Shown here: positions 11,262 through 25,190 of the stretch, piece by piece
Position numbering within the stretch: position 1 is the stretch's first letter
Layout of the letters: each line of letters opens with the position of its first letter
Source of the DNA: Anaeramoeba ignava BMAN
Lineage: Eukaryota; Protista; Anaeramoebae
Assembly (NCBI GenBank): GCA_028826165.1
Contig: JAPDFW010000011.1
Location: 1 to 64,000 of the forward strand
DNA length: 64,000 nt
Reading direction: 5' to 3'
The notes under the pieces: generated by a model
What the model was told of the DNA's origin: nothing
Database searches by the model: none
The model's input: only the letters and a program-made list of their open reading frames with translations
Made by a program: the position numbers and the translations under genes

Positions 11262-12722
11262 TCATTTAAAACGTTTATCTACAAAGAAAACTTCAAGCTC
11301 TTTTATAGTCCATTGATTAAAAGAACCTGCGAGAAATTCCTTAGCTGAAATTGAGTCAGTTTCCAAATTTGAAGGGAGTTGATAACCGCCGCCGAAATTA
11401 GTCCAACCAGAAGTCAAAGTACTGTTGACAGAAATATCCCAATTTGAACCACCGAAGATCGGGCCAGTATCACTGAAATCGCGAATACCAGCAGAAGGGT
11501 TGTTTTTCTGGACATCAAATTTTTGAGGCGGGGAACCAGAAGGGTTTTGGAGAGTGAAGATGAAGGCGTTTTCGTCTCTGACGTAGTTGTGCGCATGACC
11601 GCTTCTCCAACCAATGGAGGTGAGACCACCGAAGATGGAGCCTTCAGTGGTTTCGATGATAACAAGGGTTTTCCCCTTGTTGTCGCATTTGCTGTGGAAC
11701 GTGGTGGCGTCTCTGCCATCAACGCTTGCGCGGAAGCCCACGCGCATGTGGCGATAGAAGGACAAGTCTGCGATCCATTCGCGCAGTTTGCCCATGTAGA
11801 GATTGGAGTTCTTGACGATTAGCGAGCGCGGGAACCTGATGCGCTCCTCGAAAATGAGGGACTGCGAGTCGGGAAGTTGAGATTTGAAGTTTTCCAGTTT
11901 TACGTGGTCTTCGTCGACATCGCGAATGGTGAAGAAATCAAGCAGAAGACTGTGGATCTCTTCAGAAACAAGACCCGCCTGGACGAATTCTTGGATCTCG
12001 TGCTTGCTGAATTCGCAGAAACGTATTTTGTTGAGCAAGAGCTCGAATTTTTCGCGGATGGATTGGAAAACTTGGAGATGTGGGAGAGTTGTTGTTTCCA
12101 TATTGAGCTGTTTGCGTGCCCAGGCGATAACTGCCTGCAGTATTTCTTGTTCCGATAGAGACGTCAAGTCGTCGCTTGCGATTATTTCGCTCAATTCGTG
12201 CTCCGCAATGTTGGCGAATGTTGATGATTTGGAAACGTCGTGGAAATTTTGGATCACGAATTTCATGCAGAAATCATAAAGATCCTGGCATCCGAACTGG
12301 ATGGAGATGTTCAGCACATCCGCAACGCTTTCGGTGTCGATGTTGTCCTTTATGAACGTTGTTGAAAATTCGGCCAATTCCTCGAAACAGAATTTCTTTG
12401 AAATGATCAAGGATTCGATTGCGTTTTCGAGGCTGATTTCGTACTGGCCCGTATACATATAGGTGAGAATGTTCTCCATGAACTGTTCGGAGATGTCGCT
12501 CAACTCGATTCGTCCCTCCTGGGATTCCTTCATGTTCGAACGGAAAACCCCGTTGAAATAATCACTTCGGCAAGAAAGAATTGCTCGATGACAACGGTAA
12601 ATTTTGGGTGATTCCGATTTTCTTGTAATTACAATTTCGAAATCACTATGACTATTTGTGTTTTGTAAAAGGTTTCTGAGATCGTTTGATAATTTCAAGT
12701 AGCTTGAGAATATTTTGGTCAT
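11262..12722 (-). CDS. BTB/POZ-BACK-TLDc domain protein
   Basis: Intronless 486-aa ORF. BTB: SDFEIV...CHRAILSCRSDYFNGVF...LTYMYTG. BACK: EQEILQAVIAW...IRF. TLDc: FRASVDG...FHSKCDNKGKTLVII...IFGG...AFIFTL...ELEVF. Confidence 0.9.
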   Translation of the reverse strand: MTKIFSSYLKLSNDLRNLLQNTNSHSDFEIVITRKSESPKIYRCHRAILSCRSDYFNGVFRSNMKESQEGRIELSDISEQFMENILTYMYTGQYEISLENAIESLIISKKFCFEELAEFSTTFIKDNIDTESVADVLNISIQFGCQDLYDFCMKFVIQNFHDVSKSSTFANIAEHELSEIIASDDLTSLSEQEILQAVIAWARKQLNMETTTLPHLQVFQSIREKFELLLNKIRFCEFSKHEIQEFVQAGLVSEEIHSLLLDFFTIRDVDEDHVKLENFKSQLPDSQSLIFEERIRFPRSLIVKNSNLYMGKLREWIADLSFYRHMRVGFRASVDGRDATTFHSKCDNKGKTLVIIETTEGSIFGGLTSIGWRSGHAHNYVRDENAFIFTLQNPSGSPPQKFDVQKNNPSAGIRDFSDTGPIFGGSNWDISVNSTLTSGWTNFGGGYQLPSNLETDSISAKEFLAGSFNQWTIKELEVFFVDKRFK

Positions 12723-12834
12723 TTTATTTGAAATGCAAATAATAAAAACAAAGAAAGAGAAAAATGAAAAATATATATTTTTTAAAATCTCTTTTTTTCA
12801 TTTTTTTCCTTCATTTCTTTTTATAAATTAAATC

Positions 12835-15047
12835 ATGTCGAAGAAAAATGATCACCAATTCCTTAATCCTTTCCTCAAATATATCACCAATACACACTCA
12901 AAACTTTTAAACACACACAAACATTATATCACCATTTTCTGTCCTGAATCTTCGCAACTTGAGAATATCACATTTACAACCCAATTTGTTCAAACACACA
13001 TTGTGATCCAAAATCGGGGCGAGAAGACGTTTGTAACGCTTTCTGGGATCCGAGGAGTCGTTTGCTTGAAGGACTCGTTCAATTTGCAATTTGATCGTGT
13101 GCACATTCTTCCCACAACGCAGCAAGAAAGGGAACTGAACCTCAAATTGATCAAGAAGAAAAAGTACTCCACGCTTTTGAAGTTCACGCCCGACCAAGTC
13201 GACTCTCATTTCCTGCGTTCGGATCCAATCATCGTGAGAAGCGGGGAATTCACCTTCAAAAAAAACCTGTTTCCTTTGATACTTATCACAAATATTTTGA
13301 ACACGAATCCGCAATCCTCAAATATTTCCGAGATTATCCAAAACAAAAACATTAAAAGAACCGGATCCACTCCCACATTCGTCTCAAACTCGCTTTCGCC
13401 AAAGAGAGCGCAGAGTTTTCATCAAAATATCCCGAATCCGAGCCATCTCAATCGCACTAAGAACATCGACATCAACAATAATAACAACAACAATAACAAC
13501 AACAACAATAACAATAACAATAATAATAATAGTAGCCCTAATTCTCCCCGCTCTTATTACCCTCAAATCAACGAGGATCTTCAAAACAAAACCTCATTGA
13601 AAAATGTCTATTATGATAATCTTATCAATATGCTTGATGAGGATGGTCAATCAATTATTGTCCAACTCAATCGATATATTTTCAGTCTTGACAAGGAAAT
13701 CCAAAAACTCGGCACAGTCGAAATTGCTGCTAAAAATCAGCAGATTTGCAAGGATCTCTCCAACCAAAACATCGAACTAACTTCATCGAGACTCTCTTCA
13801 AAATCCAAAGAAGAGATTGACCGTTTCGAAGAGGTTGTGGAGAACATCATTTGCTTCCATTTCCATGACATCCTCTTTGCCAAAATCAAGGATTTGATTC
13901 AAGAGCAGAACTCCAAGTTGAACGAGTCTGTTTCAAGATTCCAAAATTTACTTGAAAGCATGACGTTTCTTGAGTTTCCCGACTTCATTCAAAAATCAAC
14001 AGAACAAATCAAAAGTGCAAAGGAGGAACTTGTCCAGATCAACGAGCTGAGAACTCCTCGAAGAAAGTTGCATCGTCTATCCAAAATCTTCGATATTCTT
14101 GGCAAGGCTGTTTTGAATTATGTTCCCTTTTTGTGTCCTTTTCATTTGCATGATATTCTTGTTTATTTGCTGGTTTATTCACAAGTTGATGATATTTATT
14201 CGAATATATTGTATATTCGCAAGTTTTCTTTAATGGAGACTTTACTCCAGCCTCAAACAGAATTTGTTCTAAGAAATTTAGAATCAGCTTGCGATGATAT
14301 TATTGAGCTTGATGAGAATTCAAATCAAAATATCAAAAATTCAAATCGAAATATCGAAAATATCAAAAATATCGAAAATGAAAAAAATATCGAAAATGAA
14401 AAAAATATAGAAAATAAAAATTCAAAAGAATTTCTTTCTGTTAAACAAACAATCGAACACCTTCAAAAATTTCCAGAAAATGAAGATATTCAATCAAAAG
14501 GAATTAATTTTATTCTCAACTCTCTTCAACATAATCAAAGTAATTACCTTTTTTTTTTCAGCAAAAATTTCTTTTTTATTTTCCAATATTTTCTTCATTT
14601 TTCATTTAGAATTGAATCAAAATTCTTATAAACAATTTATTGAAAACAATGGTATGCAATTTCTTACTTCTTTGATGGATAAATTTCAAACAAATTTATC
14701 AATCCAAAAAAATGGAATTCAAATTTTTCAAGAGGTTTTAAATCAAAATGGTAAAAATTGTTTTTATTAAAACTCTCTCTTTTCGAATTTTTCATTTTTA
14801 ATTTTTAATTTTTTAATTTTTAGGAAATGAAAATGGAAATGAAAATGAAAATGAAATTATTGATTTAATTATTCAGAAAAATATCCAAATTTCTCAATCA
14901 ACTAATTTCAAATTTTCAAATGTTTCAATCCAAAATTTAAAATTTAAAGAAATACAGAACTTTGTTGATGAATTACATCAATTAATTGAACAAAATGAAA
15001 TGATGAATAAATTTTTTATTGAATTTAGAGAAAATATTAAAAAATAA
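12835..15047 (+). CDS. VPS9-like domain protein (Rab5-family GEF-like), 3 exons
   Basis: ELVQINELRTPRRKLHRL...DILVYLLVYSQ...YIRKFS...TEFVLRNLESA resembles VPS9. Introns 14540-14609 and 14751-14823 restore the frame to TAA at 15045-15047. Confidence 0.6.
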
Positions 15048-15094
15048 AAAAAATACTTTTTTTCATTTTTCATTTTTCATTTTTTTATTAATAA

Positions 15095-16827
15095 ATGGAG
15101 TTACAAAAAAAATTAAAAGATCCAGAAATATTTGAAACAAAAATTGAAACAGAAACAATTCCCAAAATTCGTTCTTTACGACCATCAGAACCATTTATCA
15201 GGGAAGAAAATCCAAATGAAGACAGAATTGAGTCTTCAATTCGAGTTCAAGATTCATTACATTTTTTTCAAGGCAAAGAAATTATGACTGAAGAAGAGTT
15301 AAAACTTCAATCACTTCCTGAGAAAATCAAGTTTGATGTTGAAAGAGCAAGGCAAAGAAAAAAAGAAACACAATATGAAAAGTATCAACGATTGAAATAT
15401 GAGATTGAAAGTTTTACAAAAGAACTTGAAGAAGTGAAAGTAAAATTTTGAAAAGCAAAAAAAAAATTTCAATTTCAAAATGAATTTTAATTTTATAAAT
15501 GAATTTTAATTTCAAAATGAATTTTAATTTCAAAATGAATTTTAATTTTATAAATGAATTTTAATTTTATAAATGAATTTTAATTTTATTTTATTTTATT
15601 TTATTTTAGAAGGAAGATGAGCAAATTTTGCAAAAAATCTCAATTCAAAATCTTCAAGATTTATTAAAACAAATGGAAACCAAATTGGAAGAAGTTAAAA
15701 ATCAAGTTTTTACTCCAAATAAAAATATTTCATCAAAACTTTCAGAACAAATTAAAAAATTCCCACAAAATAAAGAAGCAGCAAAACCATCAAAACCTGA
15801 AACTAAACAAATTAAAGAGGATGTTGTTTCTTATGATTTAATTTATTCAGATTCCCTGAATAATTTGACAGAAGAAACCTTTTTGTTTGAAGTTGAAAAG
15901 CAAATTATTCAACTTGAAAATATTGTTGGGATTAATCAATCAAAAGAGCAATTTGTTCAAAAAGAGGATATCAATACTTTAGTGAAAAAACTTAAAGAGA
16001 AAATTTCTTTATTGGATTCTATTCGATTAGTTAAAATTACGAAGAAAATTCAACTTGCTTCAAGGAATTTAGAAGTTTTTGATGAACAAATTGAAAAGGA
16101 TGAAACACTTGAGAATTCACAAAAAAAAGTAAAATCAAAATTAAAATTAAAAATTAAAATTAAAAATTAAAATTCATTTATAAAATCAAAATTAAAATCC
16201 AAATTAAAATTAAAATTCATTTATAAAATTAAAATTCATTTATAAAATCAAAATTAAAATTAAAATTAAAATCAAAATTAAAATTAAAATTAAAATTAAA
16301 ATCAAAATTAAAATTAAAATTAAAATCAAAATTAAAATTAAAATTAAAATCAAAATTAAAATCAAAATCAAAATTTAAATTAAAATTCATTTATAAAATT
16401 AAAATCAAAATTAAAATTCATTTATAAAATTAAAATCAAAAAAAAGGTTGCAGAATTATATGAAAAAATGAAAGAATGGGATAAAGTTGCTCAAAAAATT
16501 CCAAGTATTATTTCTCGTCTTCATTATTATAAAGATCTTCATGATAAACAACTTGCTTTAATTTCTCGAGTAATTCAACTTGAAAATGAACATAAAAATC
16601 TTTCTGAATCTTTATCATCAAATGTTCAAATTTTAGAAAAGGTAAAAAAAAAATTTAATTTAATTCAATTCAATTTATAAAAAAAATCGGATAAAAAAAT
16701 TTAATTGTGTTTTTTCTTTAAATTTGTTAATTTTTAGTTAAAGAAAACATTTGAAGAAAATATAACAACAATGAAACAAAATATTTCTCTTTTAGAAAAA
16801 AGAATTCAATCCATTTCAAAAAAATAA
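15095..16827 (+). CDS. DCTN2: Dynactin subunit 2 (p50/dynamitin), 4 exons
   Basis: PEIFET, ETQYEKYQRLKYEIESFTKEL and WDKVAQKIPSIISRLHYYKDLH match dynamitin motifs. GT-AG introns join the three ORFs and a final exon ending at 16827. Confidence 0.75.
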
Positions 16828-17034
16828 TTCAAATTCAAAATTTAAAATCAAAATCAAAAAGCAAAATTTAAAAACAAAATTTAATTCAAATTAACAAAAA
16901 CAAAAACAAAAACAAAATTAAAAAGAAAGAAAAAAATTTTTAATTTTTATTTTTCATTTTTCTTTCTTTTTTTTTTCTATCAAAATTATTATTTTTTATT
17001 TTTTTGTGTTTTTGTTTATTTTTTTTTATCGCAA

Positions 17035-19227
17035 ATGGGAATTACATCTTCTAGTTGTTTAAAATTTCCAAATGTTAAACTTTCAAAATATAAAAATATT
17101 CTTGAACAAACTGTTGATCCTTTTGCAAGTGTAGATAATGAAGGAAACTTTATTGATTCCAACGAAGCATTATTAAGTTTTCTTAAAGTAAGATCTGCAA
17201 AACAGTTACTTAAATTTAATGTTTGGTCTTTTACTCCAAGAAAGCAAAAAAATTTTGAACAATCTCGCACATCTATTCAGCAATCTTTTTGTGAAAAACT
17301 TTTTGAGTAAAAATTAAATTTAAAATCAAATATAAAATTCAAAATTAAAATTAAAATCAAATTTAAAATTAAATTTAAAATTAAAATCAAAATTAAAATC
17401 AAAATCAAAATTAAAATTAAAATCAAAATTAAAATTAAATTTAAAATTAAAATTAAATTTAAAATTAAAATTAAATTCAAATTCAAATCAAAATTAAAAT
17501 TAAATTCAAAATCAAAATTCAAAATTCAAAATTAAAATCAAAATTCAAAATTAAAATTAAAATTAAAATCAAAATTAAAATCAAAATTCAAAATTAAAAT
17601 TAAAATCAAAATCAAAATTAAAATCAAAATCAAAATTAAAATTAAAATTAAAATTAAAATTAAAATCAAAATTAAAATCAAAATTAAAATTAAAATTAAA
17701 ATCAAATTTAAAATTAAAATTAAAATTAAAATTAAAATTAAAATTAAAATTAAAATTCAAAATTCAAAATAAAATCAAAATCAAAATCAAAATCAAAATC
17801 AAAATTAAAATTAAAATTAAAATTAAAATCAAAATCAAAATTAAAATCAAAATTAAAAATTAAAATCAAAATCAAAATTAAAAATTAAAATTAAAATTAA
17901 AATTAAAATCAAATTCAAAATTCAAAACCAAAATTAAAATTAAAATTAAAATTAAAATTAAAATTAAATTCAAATTCAAAATTCAAAATTCAAAATTAAA
18001 ATCAAAATTAAAATCAAAATTAAAATTAAAATCAAAATTAAAATCAAATTCAAAATTAAAATTAAAATTAAAATTAAATTCAAAATTAAAATCAAAAATC
18101 AAAATTAAAATTAAAATTAAAATTAAAATCAAAATCAAAATCAAAATCAAAATTAAAATCAAAATTTAAAATTAAATTCAAAAATAAAATTAAAATTAAA
18201 ATCAAAATCAAAATCAAAATTCAAAATTCAAAATTAAAATCAAATTCAAAATTAAAATTAAATTCAAAATCAAAATTCAAAATTCAAAATTAAAATCAAA
18301 ATCAAAATCAAAATCAAATTTAAAATCAAAATCAAAATTAAAATTAAAATTAAAATTCAAAATTAAAATTAAAATTAAAATTAAAATTAAAATTAAAATT
18401 AAAATTAAAATTCAAAATCAAAATCAAATTAAAATTAAAATTCAAAATTAAAATCAAAATCAAAATCAAAATTAAAATTAAAATCAAATTCAAAATTAAA
18501 TTCGAAATCAAAATTAAATTCAAAATCAAAATCAAAATTAAATTTAAAATTAAATTTAAATAAAAATAGAAGCTTGACAAATACAATCGATTTCGATTTC
18601 CAAATTAAAAATATTTTTGGAGAAATGCAATGGGTTCATGTTTGGGCTCGACCTATTACAGTAAATTCCAAAATATTAATTCTTCTCACATTAAAAGAAA
18701 TCGAAGAACCAAAAAGTGAAATCAGTCACCTTTCAACAATTTTGGATACAATGTCTGAAACAGAATCAACATTCGGATTTTTTGATTTGCAAATGAATTC
18801 TGAAAAAGAATTCAATCGTTCTAATTCAAATGATTCATTTGATGCATTGGAAATAAGAAATGAAGATCCATCTCAAATATTAAGTGAAAAATATGCAAAT
18901 GATTTGATTGAGGATATTGATTTCGAAATTCAAGAATGTTTAATTGAAAAAGAAATACTTATTCTTGTAAAAAATAAAATGCAAATGGCTGAACAATTAA
19001 AACGAGAAATTCAAGACAAAGATAAAACCATTCAAAGATTAAAAAAAGAAATTCAATCCAAAAAATTGTTAATTCAAAATTGGAATTTGAAAATTGAGAA
19101 AATCCAAGCTGAATATTTTCAAAACAAAAAAGAAAAACAAAAAATTAAATCTGAAACTGAATCAAGAACTTTTATTTCTTCTTATGATGAAGATGAAGTT
19201 ATTTTAAGTTGGGAAGAAAATAAGTGA
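17035..19227 (+). CDS. PAS-like domain plus coiled-coil protein, possible N-terminal lipidation (MGITSSSC)
   Basis: PAS-like segments DPFASVDNEGNFIDSNEA and FDFQIKNIFGEMQWVHVWARPI. Intron 17307-18569 joins the two ORFs in frame. Confidence 0.6.
17310..18565. repeat. Intronic hexamer satellite (AAAATT/AAAATC)n
   Basis: Visible directly. Confidence 0.9.
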
Positions 19228-19313
19228 AAGAAAATATATAATGATTGTGATTGTTATTTAAAAATTGTCTTTTGTTTTTTTTTGCAAAATTGAATTTGAA
19301 AAGAAAAAAAAAA

Positions 19314-22031
19314 TTAAAAGAAAAAATTAGAAAGTAAATAATTTCCAATATAAGAAATTTGTTGATTTGAAGATTTTGATGCTTTTTCAAGTGTTTTTCC
19401 AAAATCAAGTTGATTAAATAATTCAACTAAATTATTATTTTTAACACATAATATTGCTCCAGCAGAAAGGAATCTATGTAAAACATTTTCAGGAAGATCC
19501 ATTTGACTGAACTATAATAATAATTATTATTTTATTTTATTTTATTTTGAAATTAAAATAAAAAGAATTTTTGTTAAAATTTTTTTAAATTTACTTTTGT
19601 AATTGAAGTAACAAGTGAAATTTCTTCTTTTGAAAGATATTTTGATTCTTTTTGTGATCTAATTATTTCAATAGCAAAACTAAAAAAGATTTAAAATTTT
19701 TTAATTTAAATTATTTTAAATTTGATTTTTTAATATTTAAAAATACTTAAGATATAATGTGGAAAATTCAATTTGAATAAATGGATCAATATTAATAAAA
19801 GAAGAAGTAGAATTGAGAATATTGAGTTTATGAGGTTGAAGTAATTCAAGAGTTTCAGGAATAAGAAATAAATTTGAAATAAATCGAAGAATCATTTTAG
19901 TATTTTTAATTGGTGAAGTTGTAGAAAGTTGTCCTCCAATATTAAGTATTTGAGAAATAAGATCAATATTAGATTTTTTAATAAAAGAAATGAAAGATTT
20001 TGCAAAAGAAGAATCAAGCATAACAAATCTAATAATATCAATAAAAGGATAAAGATGTTCTGAAGGCCAATGTGGAAATGAAATATTGAATATGAAATCA
20101 AAAATAGGTTGATAATGAGAAAATTGTTTGAGAGAATTTGATGATAAATCTTCAAGAAGTTCTTTAATAGCAGAAATTTGTAAAGAAGATATTTTGTATT
20201 CTTCATTTGAAACAAGATCTGAATTTGTAGAAGCAATGATTTCAATTAATGTGTTGATGTCAATTTCAGTGATAGAAACAAACTTATCTATATAAAAATC
20301 AGGAATTTGTTTTTCTTTTAAAGAATGTTCTTGAGTATATTCTTGTTGATTTTCATTATGTGTATCTTTCTGAAGAATAGATGGAACATAATCATCATCA
20401 GAAGTAAATGGATCTTCCATATCATTTCCAGTATTTGTTGGCATTGTTTGGAAAATTTCTGGTTGATAATTGTTTTCTTGGAATGGATAATACTCTTCAT
20501 TGCTAGTAAAAGGATCCAGTGTAAATGAATCTGAAATTGTTGTTGGTGTAATGTTTTGTATTATGTGTTTTGCGATAGGTTCAATAAAATAATGTGAGAA
20601 ATTATTGCGCATTACTAAATCCCTTGCTAAAGTGTATGGATTATCACCATTATTATATCCAACTTGATATTTTTGTCCCGTATCATCAATAATAATATCA
20701 AAAACTTGATCATATTCTTTGTCTCCAATTTTCTCTTTTGGAGTTCCTGAGATTTGAGTTTGTGAATTTGGATCTACAAGATCTACAAGATCTCCAATTT
20801 TAATCCATACTCCTTGTGTTGATTTCCATTGATATGCTTCTGCATGATTTCCATTTAAACAAACTCGAATTTCATCATTTGTTTTTCCTGGAAGATTTAA
20901 TGATTCCATTGAATACATTTTAGATTTATCCATTCCTCCAATACTAGTTGAATTTGGATTCTGAGCTGCAAGAGTTTTTTTATATTCATCAAGTATCTTG
21001 GCATCTATAATACGATTACGAGAACGAGAAAATATTCTTACAATATAATCTGCACAAGCTGTTACAATATCTTCTTCATAACTTTCATTTTCAGGATTAT
21101 AAACAGGAATCCATGTTGCACTCCAAACTGTTTTAGGATGTAAAATAGTATCAATACATTCAGTATCTCTCCAAACTTTTACAGTTTTATCTTCACTTGA
21201 AGTAACAAAATTAACTCCTAAAAAATTGGAACTTTTTTGGATTGGTATATTACTATTATTCTCATCTTGTTCCTTTTTACTATCTTTATTTCCAGCAATA
21301 CTATAAACATAATTTTCATGACCAAATAATTTACCAATAACTTTTTCTCCATTTTCACTCCAAATTTTACACATATTATCATTGGCACAAGAAGCAAATC
21401 TTCTTCCTGAAAGTGGAGTAAGTCCACGAACACAATCTTCATGAGCTTGAATTGTATGAGTGCAAGTTGCACCACGCCATAAACGGATTGTTTTATCTGC
21501 AGATGCTGTTGCGATTGTAAATCCATCACTAAGTACTTTTATATCCCAAACAGCAGCAGTATGACCTGTAAGTGTGAATTTTTGTTCACCATTTCTCCAT
21601 AATCTACCAGTTTTATCCCAAGAGCCACTTACAATATCTCCATTACTTAAAACATCAAAACAAACCACTGTACCTTCATGACCTATAAGAGTTAATGTAG
21701 GTCTTATTTCTTGATCATTATTTGTTGAATCAATAACATCAACATCCCAAACATATATCATTTTATCTTTGGATCCTGAAATAATTACTTCACGAGGAAA
21801 GTTTGGAATTATTCCTTTCTCAACAGTTTTAAGACCCTGCACATAATCTTCATGAGCTTTTAATGTTTTATAACATTCATAATTTTTATCAGTTTTTCTC
21901 CATAATTTAACAGTAAAATCACGAGATGCAGTTACTATTGTTCCATTTAAAAAAACAGAAACACATTTCACATCATTTTCATGACCAATTAATACTGCAC
22001 TTAAATTGTATTTAGTTTCTTGTTCTTCCAT
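19314..22031 (-). CDS. PLAA: PLAA/Doa1/Ufd3 paralogue 1 (WD40-PFU-PUL), 3 exons
   Basis: WD40 repeats (GHENDVKCV, SGSWDKT, TASADKTIRLW), PFU (KEYDQVFDI...YNNGDNPY) and PUL (WPSEHLYPFIDIIR). Two short 3' introns lead to the terminal ORF 19502-19314. Confidence 0.9.
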
Positions 22032-22227
22032 TATTATTTTAAATTCTCAAAATAAAGGGAAAAAATGAAAAAAAGCAAAAAGAAAAGCAAAAAATTAAAT
22101 TAAATCTGAAACTGAATCAAGAACTTTTATTCCTTTCTTTATGATGAAGATGAAGTTATTTCAAAATTAGAAGGAAAAAATGAAGGAATTTGAAATGAAG
22201 AAATTGAATTTGAAAAGAAAAAAAAAA

Positions 22228-25091
22228 TTAAAAGAAAAAATTAGAAAGTAAATAATTTCCAATATAAGAAATTTGTTGATTTGAAGATTTTGATGCTTTT
22301 TCAAGTGCTTTTCCAAAATCAAGTTGATTAAATAATTCAACTAAATTATTATTTTTAACACATAATATTGCTCCAGCAGAAAGGAATCTATGTAAAACAT
22401 TTTCAGGAAGATCCATTTGACTGAACTATAATAATAATTTTTATTTTATTTTATTTTGAAATTAAATAAAAAAGAATTTTTGTTAAAATTTTTTTTAAAT
22501 TTACTTTTGTAATTGAAGTAACAAGTGAAATTTCTTCTTTTGAAAGATATTTTGATTCTTTTTGTGATCTAATTATTTCAATAGCAAAACTAAAAAAGAT
22601 TTAAAATTTTTTAATTTAAATTATTTTAAATTTGATTTTTTAATATTTAAAAATACTTAAGATATAATGTGGAAAATTCAATTTGAATAAATGGATCAAT
22701 ATTAATAAAAGAAGAAGTAGAATTGAGAATATTGAGTTTATGAGGTTGAAGTAATTCAAGAGTTTCAGGAATAAGAAATAAATTTGAAATAAATCGAAGA
22801 ATCATTTTAGTATTTTTAATTGGTGCAGTTGTAGAAAGTTGTCCTCCAATATTAAGTATTTGAGAAATAAGATCAATATTAGATTTTTTAATAAAAGAAA
22901 TGAAAGATTTTGCAAAAGAAGAATCAAGCATAACAAATCTAATAATATCAATGAAAGGATAAAGATGTTCTGAAGGCCAATGTGGAAATGCAATATTGAA
23001 TATGAAATCAAAAATAGGTTGATAATGAGAAAATTGTTTGAGAGAATTTGATGATGAATCTTCAAGAAGTTCTTTAATAGCAGAAATTTGTAAAGAAGAT
23101 ATTTTGTATTCTTCATTTGAAACAAGATCTGAATTTGTAGAAACAATGATTTCAATCAATCTTTTTGTGTTTGCACCTGTGATAGAAACAAACTTATCTA
23201 TATAAAAATCAGGAATTTGTTTTTCTTTTAAAGAATGTTCTTGAGTATATTCTTGTTGATTTTCATTATGTGTATCTTTCTGAAGAATAGATGGAACATA
23301 AGCACCATCAGAAGTAAATGGATCTGTCATATCATTTCCAGTATTTGTTGGCATTGTTTGGAAAATTTCTGGTTGATAATTGTTTTGTTGGAATGGACGA
23401 TATGCTCCATCACCAGTAATAGGATCTCCACCAAAATCATCCACAAATTGTTTTGGTTGGCTATAAGTAGTAGGATGATATGCTCCATCACTAGTAAAAG
23501 GATCTCCACCAAAATCATTTACAAATTGTTGTTGCCTGTGGGTGGGAGGACGATATGCCCCATCATCAGTCAAAGGATCCAGTGTAAATGAATCTGAAAT
23601 TGTTGTTGGTGTAATGTTTTGTATTATTTTGTTTGCGATATTTTCAATAAAATCGTATGGAAGATTATTGCGCATTACTAAATCTTTTGCTAATATGTAT
23701 GGATTATCACCATTATTGTATCCAAGTTGATATTGTTGTCCCATATCATCAATAATAATATCAAAAACTTGATCATATTCTTTGTCTCCAATTTTCTCTT
23801 TTGGAGTTCCTGAGATTTGAGTTTGTGAATTTGGTGGTGGATCTACAAGATCTCCAATTTTAATCCATTCTCCTTGTGTTGATTTCCATTGATATGCTTC
23901 TGCATGATTTCCATTTAAACAAACTCGAATTTCATCATTTGTTTTTCCTGGAAGATTTAATGATTCCATTGAATACATTTTAGATTTATCCATTCCTCCA
24001 ATACTAGTTGAATTTGGGTTTCGAGCTGCAAGAATTTTCTCATATTCATCAAGTATCTTGGCATCTATAATACGATTACGAGAACGAGAAAATATTCTTA
24101 CAATATAATCTGCACAAGCTGTTACAATATCTTCTTCATAACTTTCATTTTCAGGATTATAAACAGGAATCCATGTTGCACTCCAAACTGTTTTAGGATG
24201 TAAAAGAGTATCAATACATTCAGTATCTCTCCAAACTTTTACAGTTTTATCTTCACTTGAAGTAACAAAATTAACTCCTAAAAAATTGGAACTTTTTTGG
24301 ATTGGTATATTACTATTATTCTCATCTTGTTCCTCTTTACTATCTTTATTTCCAGCAATACTATAAACATAATTTTCATGACCAAATAATTTACCAATAA
24401 CTTTTTCTCCATTTTCACTCCAAATTTTACACATATTATCATTGGCACAAGAAGCAAATCTTCTTCCTGAAAGTGGAGTAAGTCCACGAACACAATCTTC
24501 ATGAGCTTGAATTGTATGAGTACAAGTTGCACCACGCCATAAACGGATTGTTTTATCTGCAGATGCTGTTGCGATTGTAAATCCATCGCTAAGAACTTTT
24601 ATATCCCAAACAGCAGCAGTATGACCTGTAAGTGTGAATTTTTGTTCACCATTTCTCCATAATCTACCAGTTTTATCCCAAGAGCCACTTACAATATCTC
24701 CATTACTTAAAACATCAAAACAAACCACTGCACCTTCATGGCCTATAAGAGTTAATGTAGGTCTTATTTCTTGATCATTATTTGTTGAATCAATAACATC
24801 AACATCCCAAACATATATCATTTTATCTTTGGATCCTGAAATAATTACTTCACGAGGAAAGTTTGGAATTATTCCTTTCTCAACAGTTTTAAGACCCTGT
24901 ACATAATCTTCATGAGCTGTTAATGTTTTATAACATTCATAATTTTTATCAGTTTTTCTCCATAATTTAACAGTAAAATCACGAGATGCAGTTACTATTG
25001 TTCCATTTAAAAAGACAGAAACACATTTCACATCACTTTCATGACCAATTAATACTGCACTTAAATTGTATTTAGTTTCTTGTTCTTCCAT
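22228..25091 (-). CDS. PLAA: PLAA/Doa1/Ufd3 paralogue 2, 3 exons
   Basis: Near-identical tandem copy with the same intron positions. It is 50 aa longer in the PFU-PUL linker. Confidence 0.9.
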
Positions 25092-25190
25092 TATTATTTT
25101 AAATTCTCAAAATAAGGGAAAAAAATGAAAAAATGAAAAAAGCAAAAAAAAATTTTTTTTTTAACAAATTTTTAATTTAATAAAATTTCT

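Noticed and set aside
11414-12279. Overlapping or antisense ORFs within GC-richer exons (also 40791-41769, 52475-53038, 53700-54653)
   Set aside because: Shadow frames of well-supported genes with no recognisable motifs.
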